From Candidatus Bathyarchaeota archaeon (GTDB lineage: Archaea; Thermoproteota; Bathyarchaeia; Bathyarchaeales; Bathycorpusculaceae), in the NCBI GenBank assembly GCA_020350385.1, contig CP070714.1, positions 581,861 to 620,260 on the forward strand: a stretch of 38,400 nucleotides of DNA. The letters are read 5' to 3'. The notes below the pieces were generated by a model. The model ran no database searches and was not told the origin of the DNA. It saw only the letters and a program-made list of their open reading frames with translations. Position 1 is the stretch's first letter. Each line of letters opens with the position of its first letter. A program made the position numbers and the translations under genes. Of this stretch, positions 27,015 to 35,974 are shown piece after piece.

Positions 27015-27824
27015 ATGTTGTTAGTAGTGAAACTGGGCGGAAGCATACTCAGAGAGGGCGCTTCTTCGGAGCTTATCTCCGACCTCAAAGCACTGGCTAA
27101 AGAGAATAATATTGTTCTTGTCCACGGCGGAGGAGCCGAAGTCACTGAAATCGCCGCTAAGCTGGGCAAGGAACAGAAATTTATCGTGTCCCCTGAAGGC
27201 TTCAGAAGCCGCTACACTGACAAAGAAACGATGGAAATATTCACAATGGTCATGGCGGGAAAAATTAACAAACAAATCGTCGCGGCGTTGCAAAGTCAAG
27301 GCGTACTCGCCGTCGGTCTATCTGGCGTGGACGGTTTGCTCTTAAAGGCGGAACGAAAAAAGAGACTTATAGCCGTTGATGAAAGAGGAAGAAAAAAGGT
27401 AATCGAAGGAGGCTACACGGGGAAGATAATTGAGGTAAACACGAATTTGCTTCAGTTTTTACTTGGCAAAGATTACATGCCCGTAGTAACTCCGATGGCT
27501 ATGAGTGAAGAGTTTGAATCGCTTAACGTGGATGGCGATAGAACAGCTGCCTCCATTGCTGGCGCCCTCAAAGCAGACAGCTTAGTCTTACTGACGGATG
27601 TGAAAGGCTTAGTCCTAAAAGGCAAGCCAATTCAAAAAATAACTGCCACTGAAGTTAAAGAAGTTCTCTCCAGCATCGGGAAGGGCATGAGCACCAAAGT
27701 GCACGCGGCTCTTGAGGCGTTGAATCAGGGCGTCAATGAAGTCTTAATCACGTCAGGCAGTGGAAAACAACCTATTTCTTCCGCGTTAAAACACGAATAT
27801 GGTACCGTGATTAGCTGTGAATGA
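27015..27824 (+). CDS. argB: acetylglutamate kinase family (LysZ/ArgB)
   Basis: VVKLGGSIL, VLVHGGG, NVDGDRTAASIA and LLTDVKG. Confidence 0.9.
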   Translation: MLLVVKLGGSILREGASSELISDLKALAKENNIVLVHGGGAEVTEIAAKLGKEQKFIVSPEGFRSRYTDKETMEIFTMVMAGKINKQIVAALQSQGVLAVGLSGVDGLLLKAERKKRLIAVDERGRKKVIEGGYTGKIIEVNTNLLQFLLGKDYMPVVTPMAMSEEFESLNVDGDRTAASIAGALKADSLVLLTDVKGLVLKGKPIQKITATEVKEVLSSIGKGMSTKVHAALEALNQGVNEVLITSGSGKQPISSALKHEYGTVISCE

Positions 27825-29028
27825 AAAAGAGATTATTGACATCGAAAACAAGCTGATGGCAAACGTTTTCGCCAAAAAACCCGTAGTGTTAACAAGAGGC
27901 AAAGGCGCGCTTGTCTGGGATGTAAACGGTAAAGAATACGTAGACTGCACGGGCAGCTATGGCGTTGCTCTATTAGGGCATTCTCACCCCAAAGTGGTAG
28001 AAGCGGTACACAAACAAGCGGAAAAACTCATTTCTTGCCACGCGGGCTTCTATAACGACAAGAGAGCTGAACTTCTGCAGAAAATCGTCCAAATAACACC
28101 GAAGGGCTTAGAAAAGGCTTTTCCTTCAAACAGCGGCGCCGAGGCTGTTGAATGCGCCATAAAATTAGCTCGAAAATTCACGGGCAAGCCTGAAATAATC
28201 GCCATGATGGGCGGCTTTCACGGAAAAACCATGGGTGCTCTATCTGCGACTTGGGACAAAAAGTACCGTGAACCATTCCAGCCCTTGGTTCCAGAGTTTA
28301 AACATGTTCCTCCTGACAATCTCGGAAAGGTGCGAGAAGCCATAACAGACAAAACCGCCGCCATTCTCGTCGAACCAATACGCGGCGAAGGTGGAGTGCG
28401 AATTCCACCCAACGGTTTCCTTCAAGGACTCAGAGAAATTTGCGATGAGAAAAGCGTTCTCCTAATCTTGGACGAAGTTCAAACAAGTTTCGGTCGCACC
28501 GGCAAACTATTTGCATGTGAACATGAGGGAGTTATCCCTGACGTAATGTGCTTGGCTAAGCCATTTGCAGGCGGCTTGCCCATCGGTATAACCATAGCCA
28601 AAAAGAATATAATGTCTTCTCTAAAGGTCGGCGAGCACTCAAGCACTTTCAGCGGCAGCCCTCTGGTCTGCGCTGCTGCATGTGCCGCCATTGATGTAAT
28701 CTTGGAGGAAAAGCTTGCAGAGAGAGCGGCGACTCTGGGCGTATACTTTAAGGCGAAACTGGAAGAACTGCAGAATAAGTATAAAATTGTGAAAGAGGTT
28801 CGCGGCTTAGGTTTAATGATAGGAGTAGAACTCAGATTTGATGTTCTCAATATAATACTCAAAGCCATGGACAGGGGCGTGCTCATCTTGGACGCGGGAA
28901 AAAACATTCTGCGTTTTCTACCGCCATTAGTAATTGAGAAAGAGCAAATTGACAAAGCCATCTCTGTCCTTGACACAGTCATAGGAGAAGAAGAAAATGA
29001 GCGATTACGCAGTGCGACTTCTAACTGA
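27817..29028 (+). CDS. argD: acetylornithine / LysW-lysine aminotransferase (LysJ/ArgD)
   Basis: GSYGVALLGHSHPKV, SNSGAEAVE, LILDEVQTSFGRTGK and STFSGSPL. The GTG start overlaps the argB stop. Confidence 0.93.
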   Translation: MNEKEIIDIENKLMANVFAKKPVVLTRGKGALVWDVNGKEYVDCTGSYGVALLGHSHPKVVEAVHKQAEKLISCHAGFYNDKRAELLQKIVQITPKGLEKAFPSNSGAEAVECAIKLARKFTGKPEIIAMMGGFHGKTMGALSATWDKKYREPFQPLVPEFKHVPPDNLGKVREAITDKTAAILVEPIRGEGGVRIPPNGFLQGLREICDEKSVLLILDEVQTSFGRTGKLFACEHEGVIPDVMCLAKPFAGGLPIGITIAKKNIMSSLKVGEHSSTFSGSPLVCAAACAAIDVILEEKLAERAATLGVYFKAKLEELQNKYKIVKEVRGLGLMIGVELRFDVLNIILKAMDRGVLILDAGKNILRFLPPLVIEKEQIDKAISVLDTVIGEEENERLRSATSN

Positions 29029-30133
29029 CTTATTGAAGATTTACAGTCCTTCACGCAAAGAGGAGGCTATCTCCAACTTTCTCGTTAAAGAGATGAAAGC
29101 GTTAGGTTTCCGCATAAGTAAAGACAGTGTGGGAAACGTTATTGGAGAAATCGGGCAAGGCAAGCCAGTAATCCTCTTGTGCGGGCACATGGACACTATC
29201 CCAGGACAACTTCCAGTGCGGGTTAAAAACAACAAAATATATGGCGCAGGCGCTGTTGATGCAAAGGGTCCATTAGCAGCCATGATAATCGCCGCAGCCA
29301 AAGTTGCTCAAGAACCAACGTTTCAAGCCAAAGTTGTGGTTGCCAGCGTTGTCGAAGAAGAAGCCACGAGCAGAGGCGTCAAGAATCTAATACGTGAAGG
29401 AATTTCAGCAGACTACGCCATATTCGGAGAACCAAGCGGAGCGGAAAACATAACCATCGGCTACAAGGGCAACTTGCACATTCAGATAACATTAGAAACG
29501 TATACTGGGCACTCTTCCGTGCCATGGCTTTACGAAAACGCTATAGAAAAAGCGTTTGAACTTTGGCAACAGATCGAAAATGCCTATCCGCCAGTGGAAA
29601 AGCAAGAAAGCCCTTTCCACGCCGTAACAGCTTGCCTAATTAAACTGAGTGGCGGAAAGGGAGACTCCAAGATACCTTCCAAATGCGAGATGCATATTGA
29701 CCTTCGGGTTCCTCCTCAATGCACTTCCGCTCAAGTTTTTAAAGAAGCCGAAAACGTAATCAAGCAATATCAAGCGACTAACCCAAAGGGTTCAGTGAAA
29801 GTAGCCATAAAAGATTCGAATGAGCCCTTCGAAGTTAACAAGAATTCACCTCTTGTGCGAGCCCTCTCGTACTCCATCAGGAAAGTGCAGAATAAGCCTG
29901 CGACTCTTTTGAGAAAAACGGGAACGGGCGACATGAACATCCTCGGACGAGCTATGAACATGCCCATAGTCACGTATGGGCCTGGCGACTCGCATTTGGA
30001 TCACACGAAAGACGAGCACATTCTCATAAGCGAGTATTTGGATGGCATTCAAGTCTACAAGGAGACTATTCTAAAACTAATTGAGCTACATGAGAAAGCC
30101 GGAAATCAAAAGCCGCCACTCTCGCCATCGTGA
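28997..30133 (+). CDS. argE: M20 deacylase LysK/ArgE (LysW-lysine/ornithine hydrolase)
   Basis: LLKIYSPSRKEEAISNF, CGHMDTIPG, GAGAVDAKGP and VEEEATSRG (M20 metal ligands). It is the last gene of the lysW cluster. Confidence 0.88.
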   Translation: MSDYAVRLLTDLLKIYSPSRKEEAISNFLVKEMKALGFRISKDSVGNVIGEIGQGKPVILLCGHMDTIPGQLPVRVKNNKIYGAGAVDAKGPLAAMIIAAAKVAQEPTFQAKVVVASVVEEEATSRGVKNLIREGISADYAIFGEPSGAENITIGYKGNLHIQITLETYTGHSSVPWLYENAIEKAFELWQQIENAYPPVEKQESPFHAVTACLIKLSGGKGDSKIPSKCEMHIDLRVPPQCTSAQVFKEAENVIKQYQATNPKGSVKVAIKDSNEPFEVNKNSPLVRALSYSIRKVQNKPATLLRKTGTGDMNILGRAMNMPIVTYGPGDSHLDHTKDEHILISEYLDGIQVYKETILKLIELHEKAGNQKPPLSPS

Positions 30134-30135
30134 AA

Positions 30136-31551
30136 CTATCGTGGTGCTTTGTCCAATTTGAATTCTTCGTGAATTGCTCGAACTGCCACTTCTCCGTCTT
30201 TCTCCTTAACCACAAACGAAACGTTCAGTTCCGAAGACCCCTGGGCGATCATACGAATGTTTATTCCCTTGCGGGCGACGGCTGTGAATATTCTTGATGC
30301 TACTCCCAATGTACCTTTCATGTTGGCGCCCATGACGGCGATAACGCAAACATCGTCTTCAGCAGTTACCTCACTGATTGAGCCTCTGCCTAAGAGCACT
30401 ATTTCCAACGTGCTAAGCGCCCTTCCCAAAAGGCTTCTTCTAATTATTAATGAAATGTTTGCTTCGGAAACTGCCGTTGAAATCATCATAATGTTTACGT
30501 TATTTTTCCCCAACACATCGAAGATTTTCGCGTAGCTTCCAGGCGCACCAACCATTCCCGCGCCACTAACATTAATCATAGCTACGTCTTTGATCAGAGC
30601 AATTGCCTTCACAACTTCGGTCCGCTTGGCTGTCTGCGCCTTAGCTATTAACGTTCCTGGGTTTTCAGGGTTGAAAACGTTCCTAATTCTAGCGGGAATA
30701 CTCTCCTTCATGATTGGTTCCAATGCCCTTGGATGCATGGCTTTGGCCCCGAAAATCGCCATTTCCGCCGCCTCTTGATAAGAAAGTTCAGGCAGCATTT
30801 TTGCGGATGGAATAATCTTCGGATCGGTAGTCATCAGCCCATCCACGTCTGTCCATATCCACACTTCATCCACGGCTAAGGCAGCGGCTAAAAGGGTAGC
30901 GGTATAGTCTGATCCCCCGCGCCCAAGAGTTGTGACTACACCGTCTTGAGTCGCAGCTATGTATCCCGAAACCACAGGAACCACTTGCTTTTCGAGCAAA
31001 GGTCCAATTCTCTCTCTCAACTGGTGCATGGTCACGTTCATAAGCGGGCTTGCTTCTCCAAAATTCGCGTCGGTTACTATTCCCGCTTCTTTTCCAGTGA
31101 CCCATTGCGATTCGAGCTTCAAATCCCGAAGGGCGCCCCACACAAGTGGTGCCGACAGTCGTTCTCCGAAAGACACGACAAAATCTCTTGATTTAGGCGT
31201 AAGCTCACCAACATAACTTATTCCAGTAAGCACTTTCTCAAGCTCATCGAGAGTCTTTTTAATAATTTGCTCAATTTCTTGCAGCACGCCTTTATTCTTA
31301 ATCGCTTTCAAGGCGGCAGCTGAGTGTTTTTCAAGCATTTTCTGTTTAAACTTGCGAATGTAAGCTTCGTTTCTTTTCTTTGCTTGTTCTGCAGCGTCAC
31401 AGAGGTCGTCGGTTGTGTGGTTCAAAGCTGAAACCACAACGATAACACTGCAACCTTGCTTGGCGCTGTCTGCCACCAAATTTGCTACACAACGGATGTT
31501 TTCGCCAGTAGCCAGAGAAGTTCCTCCGAACTTCATCACTATTTTCTTCAT
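30136..31551 (-). CDS. aspartate kinase (isozyme 2, inside the thr operon)
   Basis: IVMKFGGTSL, VVVSALNHTTDDL, GRGGSDYTATLLAAAL and two C-terminal ACT domains. Confidence 0.92.
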   Translation of the reverse strand: MKKIVMKFGGTSLATGENIRCVANLVADSAKQGCSVIVVVSALNHTTDDLCDAAEQAKKRNEAYIRKFKQKMLEKHSAAALKAIKNKGVLQEIEQIIKKTLDELEKVLTGISYVGELTPKSRDFVVSFGERLSAPLVWGALRDLKLESQWVTGKEAGIVTDANFGEASPLMNVTMHQLRERIGPLLEKQVVPVVSGYIAATQDGVVTTLGRGGSDYTATLLAAALAVDEVWIWTDVDGLMTTDPKIIPSAKMLPELSYQEAAEMAIFGAKAMHPRALEPIMKESIPARIRNVFNPENPGTLIAKAQTAKRTEVVKAIALIKDVAMINVSGAGMVGAPGSYAKIFDVLGKNNVNIMMISTAVSEANISLIIRRSLLGRALSTLEIVLLGRGSISEVTAEDDVCVIAVMGANMKGTLGVASRIFTAVARKGINIRMIAQGSSELNVSFVVKEKDGEVAVRAIHEEFKLDKAPR

Positions 31552-31572
31552 ACACTCAACTCCAAACTGTTG

Positions 31573-32598
31573 TTACATAAGCAGTTCGCTTGCTAAATTA
31601 TGCTTTATGTCTAACAGGTCCCTTAATACTGCACTGGCAGTTTCCATTCCGCCCGCCCCTCGACCAATAATGGTTTCTTCCCCAGCGAACTTGGAAACGA
31701 AGGTTACAGCGTTTAGAACGCCGCTGACGCATAATGGATCGTGCTTTGATATTTCCGTGGGCGCAACAGTGGGGTTGCCATCTATTGATCCAATGAGCTT
31801 GATCGTGTTTCCTCTTTTGGAGGCTTTTCCCAACGCTTGGAGAGTTACATCACGGATTCCTTGCACTTCCACATCCTTTAAGGTGAATTTTTTGTTCATT
31901 ATCCAGTTCGCCATAATGACCACTTTGCATGCTGCGTCTATTCCATCAATATCCATCGTAGGGTCAGTTTCCGCGTAGCCAAGTTTCTGTGCTTCTTCCA
32001 GAGCTTGCTGGAAAGTTATGCACTTTTCTTCCATTTTTGTAAGAATGTAGTTTGTAGTGCCGTTCAAAATCCCGCGTATGGCAATTATCTTATCGCCTAA
32101 GAGGCCCCTTTTTGCCAACTCTAAAACGGGAGTGCCACCACCCACTGTTCCGCTGAACCGTAAGTACACTTTGTTATAATCAGCCAGTTCCATTAAAGCT
32201 GGAAGCGCTAGTGCGAGAGGACCCTTGTTGGTGGTTACAACGTGTTTGCCAGTTTTGAAGGCGGTTTTAATATGCGATAAGCCAGGTTCGCCGTTCTTCA
32301 CGTTTGTGGGGGTCACTTCCACCACCACTTCAGCTTCTACTGACTCTATAACAGCTGACGACGACATCTGGGGGTAACCGAATTTAGGGTCGGTTCCTAC
32401 TGTTCCGTCCTTCTTCTTAAGCGCCAACATTTTCTCCAAGTCTAAGCCCTTGGAGTTTATGGCTGCGCCGCCTCTGTCGACAATGGCTACAACTTTCGGG
32501 TTGAAACCATAATCTCTAACGGTTTCTATGCTTCTGCGTAAGAGAATGTCGGCTAGACTCTGCCCGACAACCCCGTAGCCCACCAATATAATCCTCAC
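31573..32598 (-). CDS. hom: homoserine dehydrogenase
   Basis: IILVGYGVVGQSL, VVTTNKGPLA, GILNGTTNYIL, AETDPTMDIDGIDAA and a C-terminal ACT-less short form. The GTG start overlaps the thrC stop as GTGA. Confidence 0.93.
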   Translation of the reverse strand: MRIILVGYGVVGQSLADILLRRSIETVRDYGFNPKVVAIVDRGGAAINSKGLDLEKMLALKKKDGTVGTDPKFGYPQMSSSAVIESVEAEVVVEVTPTNVKNGEPGLSHIKTAFKTGKHVVTTNKGPLALALPALMELADYNKVYLRFSGTVGGGTPVLELAKRGLLGDKIIAIRGILNGTTNYILTKMEEKCITFQQALEEAQKLGYAETDPTMDIDGIDAACKVVIMANWIMNKKFTLKDVEVQGIRDVTLQALGKASKRGNTIKLIGSIDGNPTVAPTEISKHDPLCVSGVLNAVTFVSKFAGEETIIGRGAGGMETASAVLRDLLDIKHNLASELLM

Positions 32599-33860
32599 GA
32601 TAACCCTCCAGAAACAGTCATTACAATGGGGGTCTTAAGCCCCAGAACACGTTCAACCGCTTCCAATTCAGCATCCACTTCAATGGGCTTTTCACTCATT
32701 TTAACCGCAACATCTGGATCCTTAAGCCCGTGACCAGTTGTAACACAAACCACACGCTCGTCTTCATTAACGTCTCCATTTTCTATAAGCTTCTTTAACC
32801 CTGCAATTGACGATGCACTTGCTGGCTCCACAAAGAGCCCTTCTACCTGAGCTAGCATCTTTTGTGCATCCAAAATCTCCGAGTCGGTCACCATTTCAGC
32901 CGTCCCGTGTGACTTTCGTATCGCCTTCAGAGCTTTTTTCCAACTTACAGGCGCTCCAATCCTTATGGCAGTCGCGATGGTTTCAGGCTGGGCAACAGGT
33001 ACGATTTCGTCCTTTCCTTTCTTTATTGCCTGCGCTATTGGCGCTGAGCCAGCTGCTTGTATTCCAGTCATCTTTGGAAGCGTTTCTACGAGACCGAACT
33101 CGTGGAACTCAGTGAATCCTTTCCATATAGCGCTTATGTTCCCAGCGTTTCCCACAGGCACCACAACTCTATCTGGTGCTTCTTGGTTCAGCTGGTCGCA
33201 TATTTCGTAGCCTAAGGATTTCTGTCCTTCAATTCTGAAAGGGTTTATGGAGTTAAGAAGATAGATGGCTCTATGTTTTTCCGAAAGCTTTTGCACAACA
33301 TCCAAGGCTTGATCAAAGTTGCCGCGCACTTGAATTACCTTCGCGCCGTAAATCATGGCTTGCGACAACTTTCCATAGGCAATTTTGCCCGACGGTATCA
33401 GCACGGCGCACTGCAACCCCGCCTTGGCAGCGTACGCAGCCAAAGAAGCAGAAGTATTGCCTGTGGATGCGCAGATAACGGATTCAATTCCGAACTCCAA
33501 GGCTTTCGTAACACCAACTGTCATACCCCTATCTTTGAAGGACCCAGTGGGGTTTTCACCTTCATTTTTCACGTAAAGCTGCCTAATTCCCAGATGTTTT
33601 CCCAAGCGCTGGCATAGATGAAGACCTGTGCCCCCTTCGTTTAAAGAAACTATTTTTGAAAAATCGTTTATGGGCATGAAGTCTCGGTATCGCCACACCG
33701 AGAGAGGCGTATTTCTCCATTCGCTTTCTTTAAGTGCTCTAGCCAACTTACCGTGATCGTATTTTATTTCAAGCTGGTCTCCGCATTTCTTGCAGAAGTA
33801 CACAATTTCATTTATTTCGTATCTGCTTCCACAGTTAATACATTCTTGATATACCATCAT
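32595..33860 (-). CDS. thrC: threonine synthase (with N-terminal zinc ribbon)
   Basis: CINCG...CKKCG ribbon, PLP-lysine motif NPTGSFKDRG, ASTGNTSAS and GNAGN. Confidence 0.95.
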   Translation of the reverse strand: MMVYQECINCGSRYEINEIVYFCKKCGDQLEIKYDHGKLARALKESEWRNTPLSVWRYRDFMPINDFSKIVSLNEGGTGLHLCQRLGKHLGIRQLYVKNEGENPTGSFKDRGMTVGVTKALEFGIESVICASTGNTSASLAAYAAKAGLQCAVLIPSGKIAYGKLSQAMIYGAKVIQVRGNFDQALDVVQKLSEKHRAIYLLNSINPFRIEGQKSLGYEICDQLNQEAPDRVVVPVGNAGNISAIWKGFTEFHEFGLVETLPKMTGIQAAGSAPIAQAIKKGKDEIVPVAQPETIATAIRIGAPVSWKKALKAIRKSHGTAEMVTDSEILDAQKMLAQVEGLFVEPASASSIAGLKKLIENGDVNEDERVVCVTTGHGLKDPDVAVKMSEKPIEVDAELEAVERVLGLKTPIVMTVSGGLS

Positions 33861-34048
33861 TTCAACTCCATTAGGTTAACGCCTTTGCCGACCTTCGTAG
33901 CGCTTGGCTGAGGGGTATGATTTCATCTCCAAATCAGCAAACAGTATCAAGTTGTAATTATTATTAATGTTGTTGCTTTTTCGCGAGTCAAGTTCTAAAC
34001 AAACCATTTTAAAATGAACAAGCCTCCTGAGGATTGCTTAATCATGTA

Positions 34049-34627
34049 TCACCCTACTATGTTGGACAGAACTTCGTAAGCCTTAAGGCTGTCCTTTTTC
34101 TCCACCACAATGATTGTTTCCGTCCAACAAGAGATGAACTCTATGATGTTTACGTTCTGCTCTGCCAGCAACGCCGTTAGGAAAGCGACTACTCCCGGTG
34201 TTGCTTCTAGTTCTTCTGGAGAATGCATAACTATCATTGTGCAATTATCATGTTTGACTAATGGATTAATTCTTTCAGGCATCTCACTTCTGTCCAGAAG
34301 GTAAACGAATTTGTTTAGCAAGTCCACTTTCATTCCGTTTTTTGTGTTTATTTCCTTGCTTGTTATCATAACGGATTTTCTGTCGTAAACAGCTATTCCG
34401 CTTCGGTTCAGAATTTGCAGGACTTTTTCTTCTCTTTTTTGCTTGTGTTTTTGCAGTTCTTCTGAAAATCGTCTCAAAGCAGCTTTTACAGCGCTTGTGT
34501 TGCCTATTTTTAGCTCTTTTTGAATCTGTCTAGATAATTCGCTGAGGTTGACTATTCCTTTTTCTAAGGCTTCCAGCATGTAGGGCTTGTTTCGCAAGTA
34601 ACTTCGCACGGTTTGAGCTATTGTCAT
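34049..34627 (-). CDS. putative amino-acid-responsive regulator: N-terminal HTH plus C-terminal ACT-like domain
   Basis: IAQTVRSYLRNKPYMLEALEKGIVNLSELSRQI is wHTH-like. The C-terminus CTMIVMHSPEELEATPGVVAFLTALLAEQNVNIIEFISCWTETIIVV is ACT-like. I prefer the second ATG (34627) because 34639-34654 belongs to a conserved non-coding element. Confidence 0.65.
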   Translation of the reverse strand: MTIAQTVRSYLRNKPYMLEALEKGIVNLSELSRQIQKELKIGNTSAVKAALRRFSEELQKHKQKREEKVLQILNRSGIAVYDRKSVMITSKEINTKNGMKVDLLNKFVYLLDRSEMPERINPLVKHDNCTMIVMHSPEELEATPGVVAFLTALLAEQNVNIIEFISCWTETIIVVEKKDSLKAYEVLSNIVG

Positions 34628-34638
34628 AATGCATAAAT

Positions 34639-34695
34639 GTATCAAATGGGACATTTAAAGCTTATTATGTTACAAAGAAGTCGCAAAGTTTAAAA
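34639..34695 (+). promoter_or_regulatory. conserved promoter/operator element, copy B (upstream of argG, divergent from the HTH-ACT gene)
   Basis: GTATCAAATGGGACATTTAAAGCTTATTATGTTACAAAGAAGTCGCAAAGTTTAAAA has the same orientation relative to the downstream + strand operon as copy A. Confidence 0.7.
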
Positions 34696-34765
34696 ATCCC
34701 GCCCGAGAGGTAAGGGGAATAAATCGATTTCAAAAACGGGGGAACGAAAAATAACAGAAAGAATC

Positions 34766-35974
34766 GTGCTAGCCTACTCCGGTGGACTAGACACATCAGT
34801 GCTGATCAAATGGCTTCAAGAAAAATACACCGCAGAAGTAATAACTGTAACCGTCAACGTCGGCCAACAAGAAAACCTAAAAACGGTTGAAGAAAAAGCG
34901 AAAAACCTTGGCGCCTCAAAACACTATTCTATCGACGCCAAAGCCGAATTCGCCACGGACTACATTTTCCCAGCCATAAAAGCCAACGCCCTTTACGAAG
35001 GAAAATACCCTATAAGCACAAGCCTATCTCGCCCCCTTATTGTCGCAAAAATGGTTGAAATTGCAGAAAAAGAGAGTGCGACAAGCCTTGCTCACGGCTG
35101 CACAGGGAAGGGTAACGACCAAGTGCGCTTTGACGTAACAATTGGCTCCTTGGCGCCAGACCTTAAGATAATCGCGCCAGTTAGGGAGTGGGACATGACA
35201 AGAGACGAAGAAAAAAAATATGCAAAGGTAAAAGGAATCCCAGTTTCCACCGCAGCAGAGAAATACAGTATTGATCAAAACATCTGGGGAAGATCGATTG
35301 AATGTGGAGTTTTGGAAGACGCTAACCAAGAACCGCCAGAAGACGCTTTTGAGTGGACTGTTTCACCTGAAGAAGCGTCCGACACGCCTGAATACATAAC
35401 CATCAAATTTGAAGCAGGAGTTCCAGTTGCCCTAGACAAAGAAAGCATGGCGCCTCTTGCACTTATTGAAACATTGAATAAGACAGCAGGAAAACACGGT
35501 GTTGGCCGCATAGACCACATAGAAGACCGCTTAATAGGCATTAAATCCAGAGAAGTTTACGAATGCCCAGCCGCAACAGTCCTCTTGGAAGCTCATAAAG
35601 ACCTGGAAAAAATGGTCCTTACGCGGCATGAAGTGTTGTTTAAGCAGCAAATCGACTCCCAATGGACCTTTTTGGCATACACAGGTCTGTGGATGGACCC
35701 TCTGAAAGAAGACTTGGAAGCTTTCATAAACCAAACTCAGGAAAAGGTGCACGGTAAAGTACGAGTGAAGCTTTACAAAGGAGGGCTGCAGGTCGTCGGA
35801 CGATCATCGCCAATGTCGCTCTACGATCAGAACTTAGTAAACTACAACATTAAAACTACATTCAACCAATCATGCTCTAAAGGCTTCATAGAACTGTGGG
35901 GCTTACAAACAAGAATGCAGAACATGCTCAAACGAAAAGCCAAGAAACAAGAAACAACCAAGGTCGGCGAGTAA
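34766..35974 (+). CDS. argG: argininosuccinate synthase
   Basis: LAYSGGLDTSV, HGCTGKGNDQVRF, SIDQNIWGRS and GRIDHIEDRLIGIKSREVYE. GTG is the only plausible start after the in-frame stop at 34691. Confidence 0.95.
   Translation: MLAYSGGLDTSVLIKWLQEKYTAEVITVTVNVGQQENLKTVEEKAKNLGASKHYSIDAKAEFATDYIFPAIKANALYEGKYPISTSLSRPLIVAKMVEIAEKESATSLAHGCTGKGNDQVRFDVTIGSLAPDLKIIAPVREWDMTRDEEKKYAKVKGIPVSTAAEKYSIDQNIWGRSIECGVLEDANQEPPEDAFEWTVSPEEASDTPEYITIKFEAGVPVALDKESMAPLALIETLNKTAGKHGVGRIDHIEDRLIGIKSREVYECPAATVLLEAHKDLEKMVLTRHEVLFKQQIDSQWTFLAYTGLWMDPLKEDLEAFINQTQEKVHGKVRVKLYKGGLQVVGRSSPMSLYDQNLVNYNIKTTFNQSCSKGFIELWGLQTRMQNMLKRKAKKQETTKVGE

Noticed and set aside
28479-29054. 191-aa minus-strand ORF
   Set aside because: It is entirely antisense to the well-supported argD/lysJ gene, and its product is Ser/Leu/Arg-rich and low-complexity. 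The same reasoning applies to 21956..22561 (antisense to topoisomerase IB), 15776..16405 (antisense to lysC), 31415..31978 (antisense to the hom and aspartokinase ends), 14974..15366, 36516..36905 and the many 60-110-aa shadow ORFs in the track.
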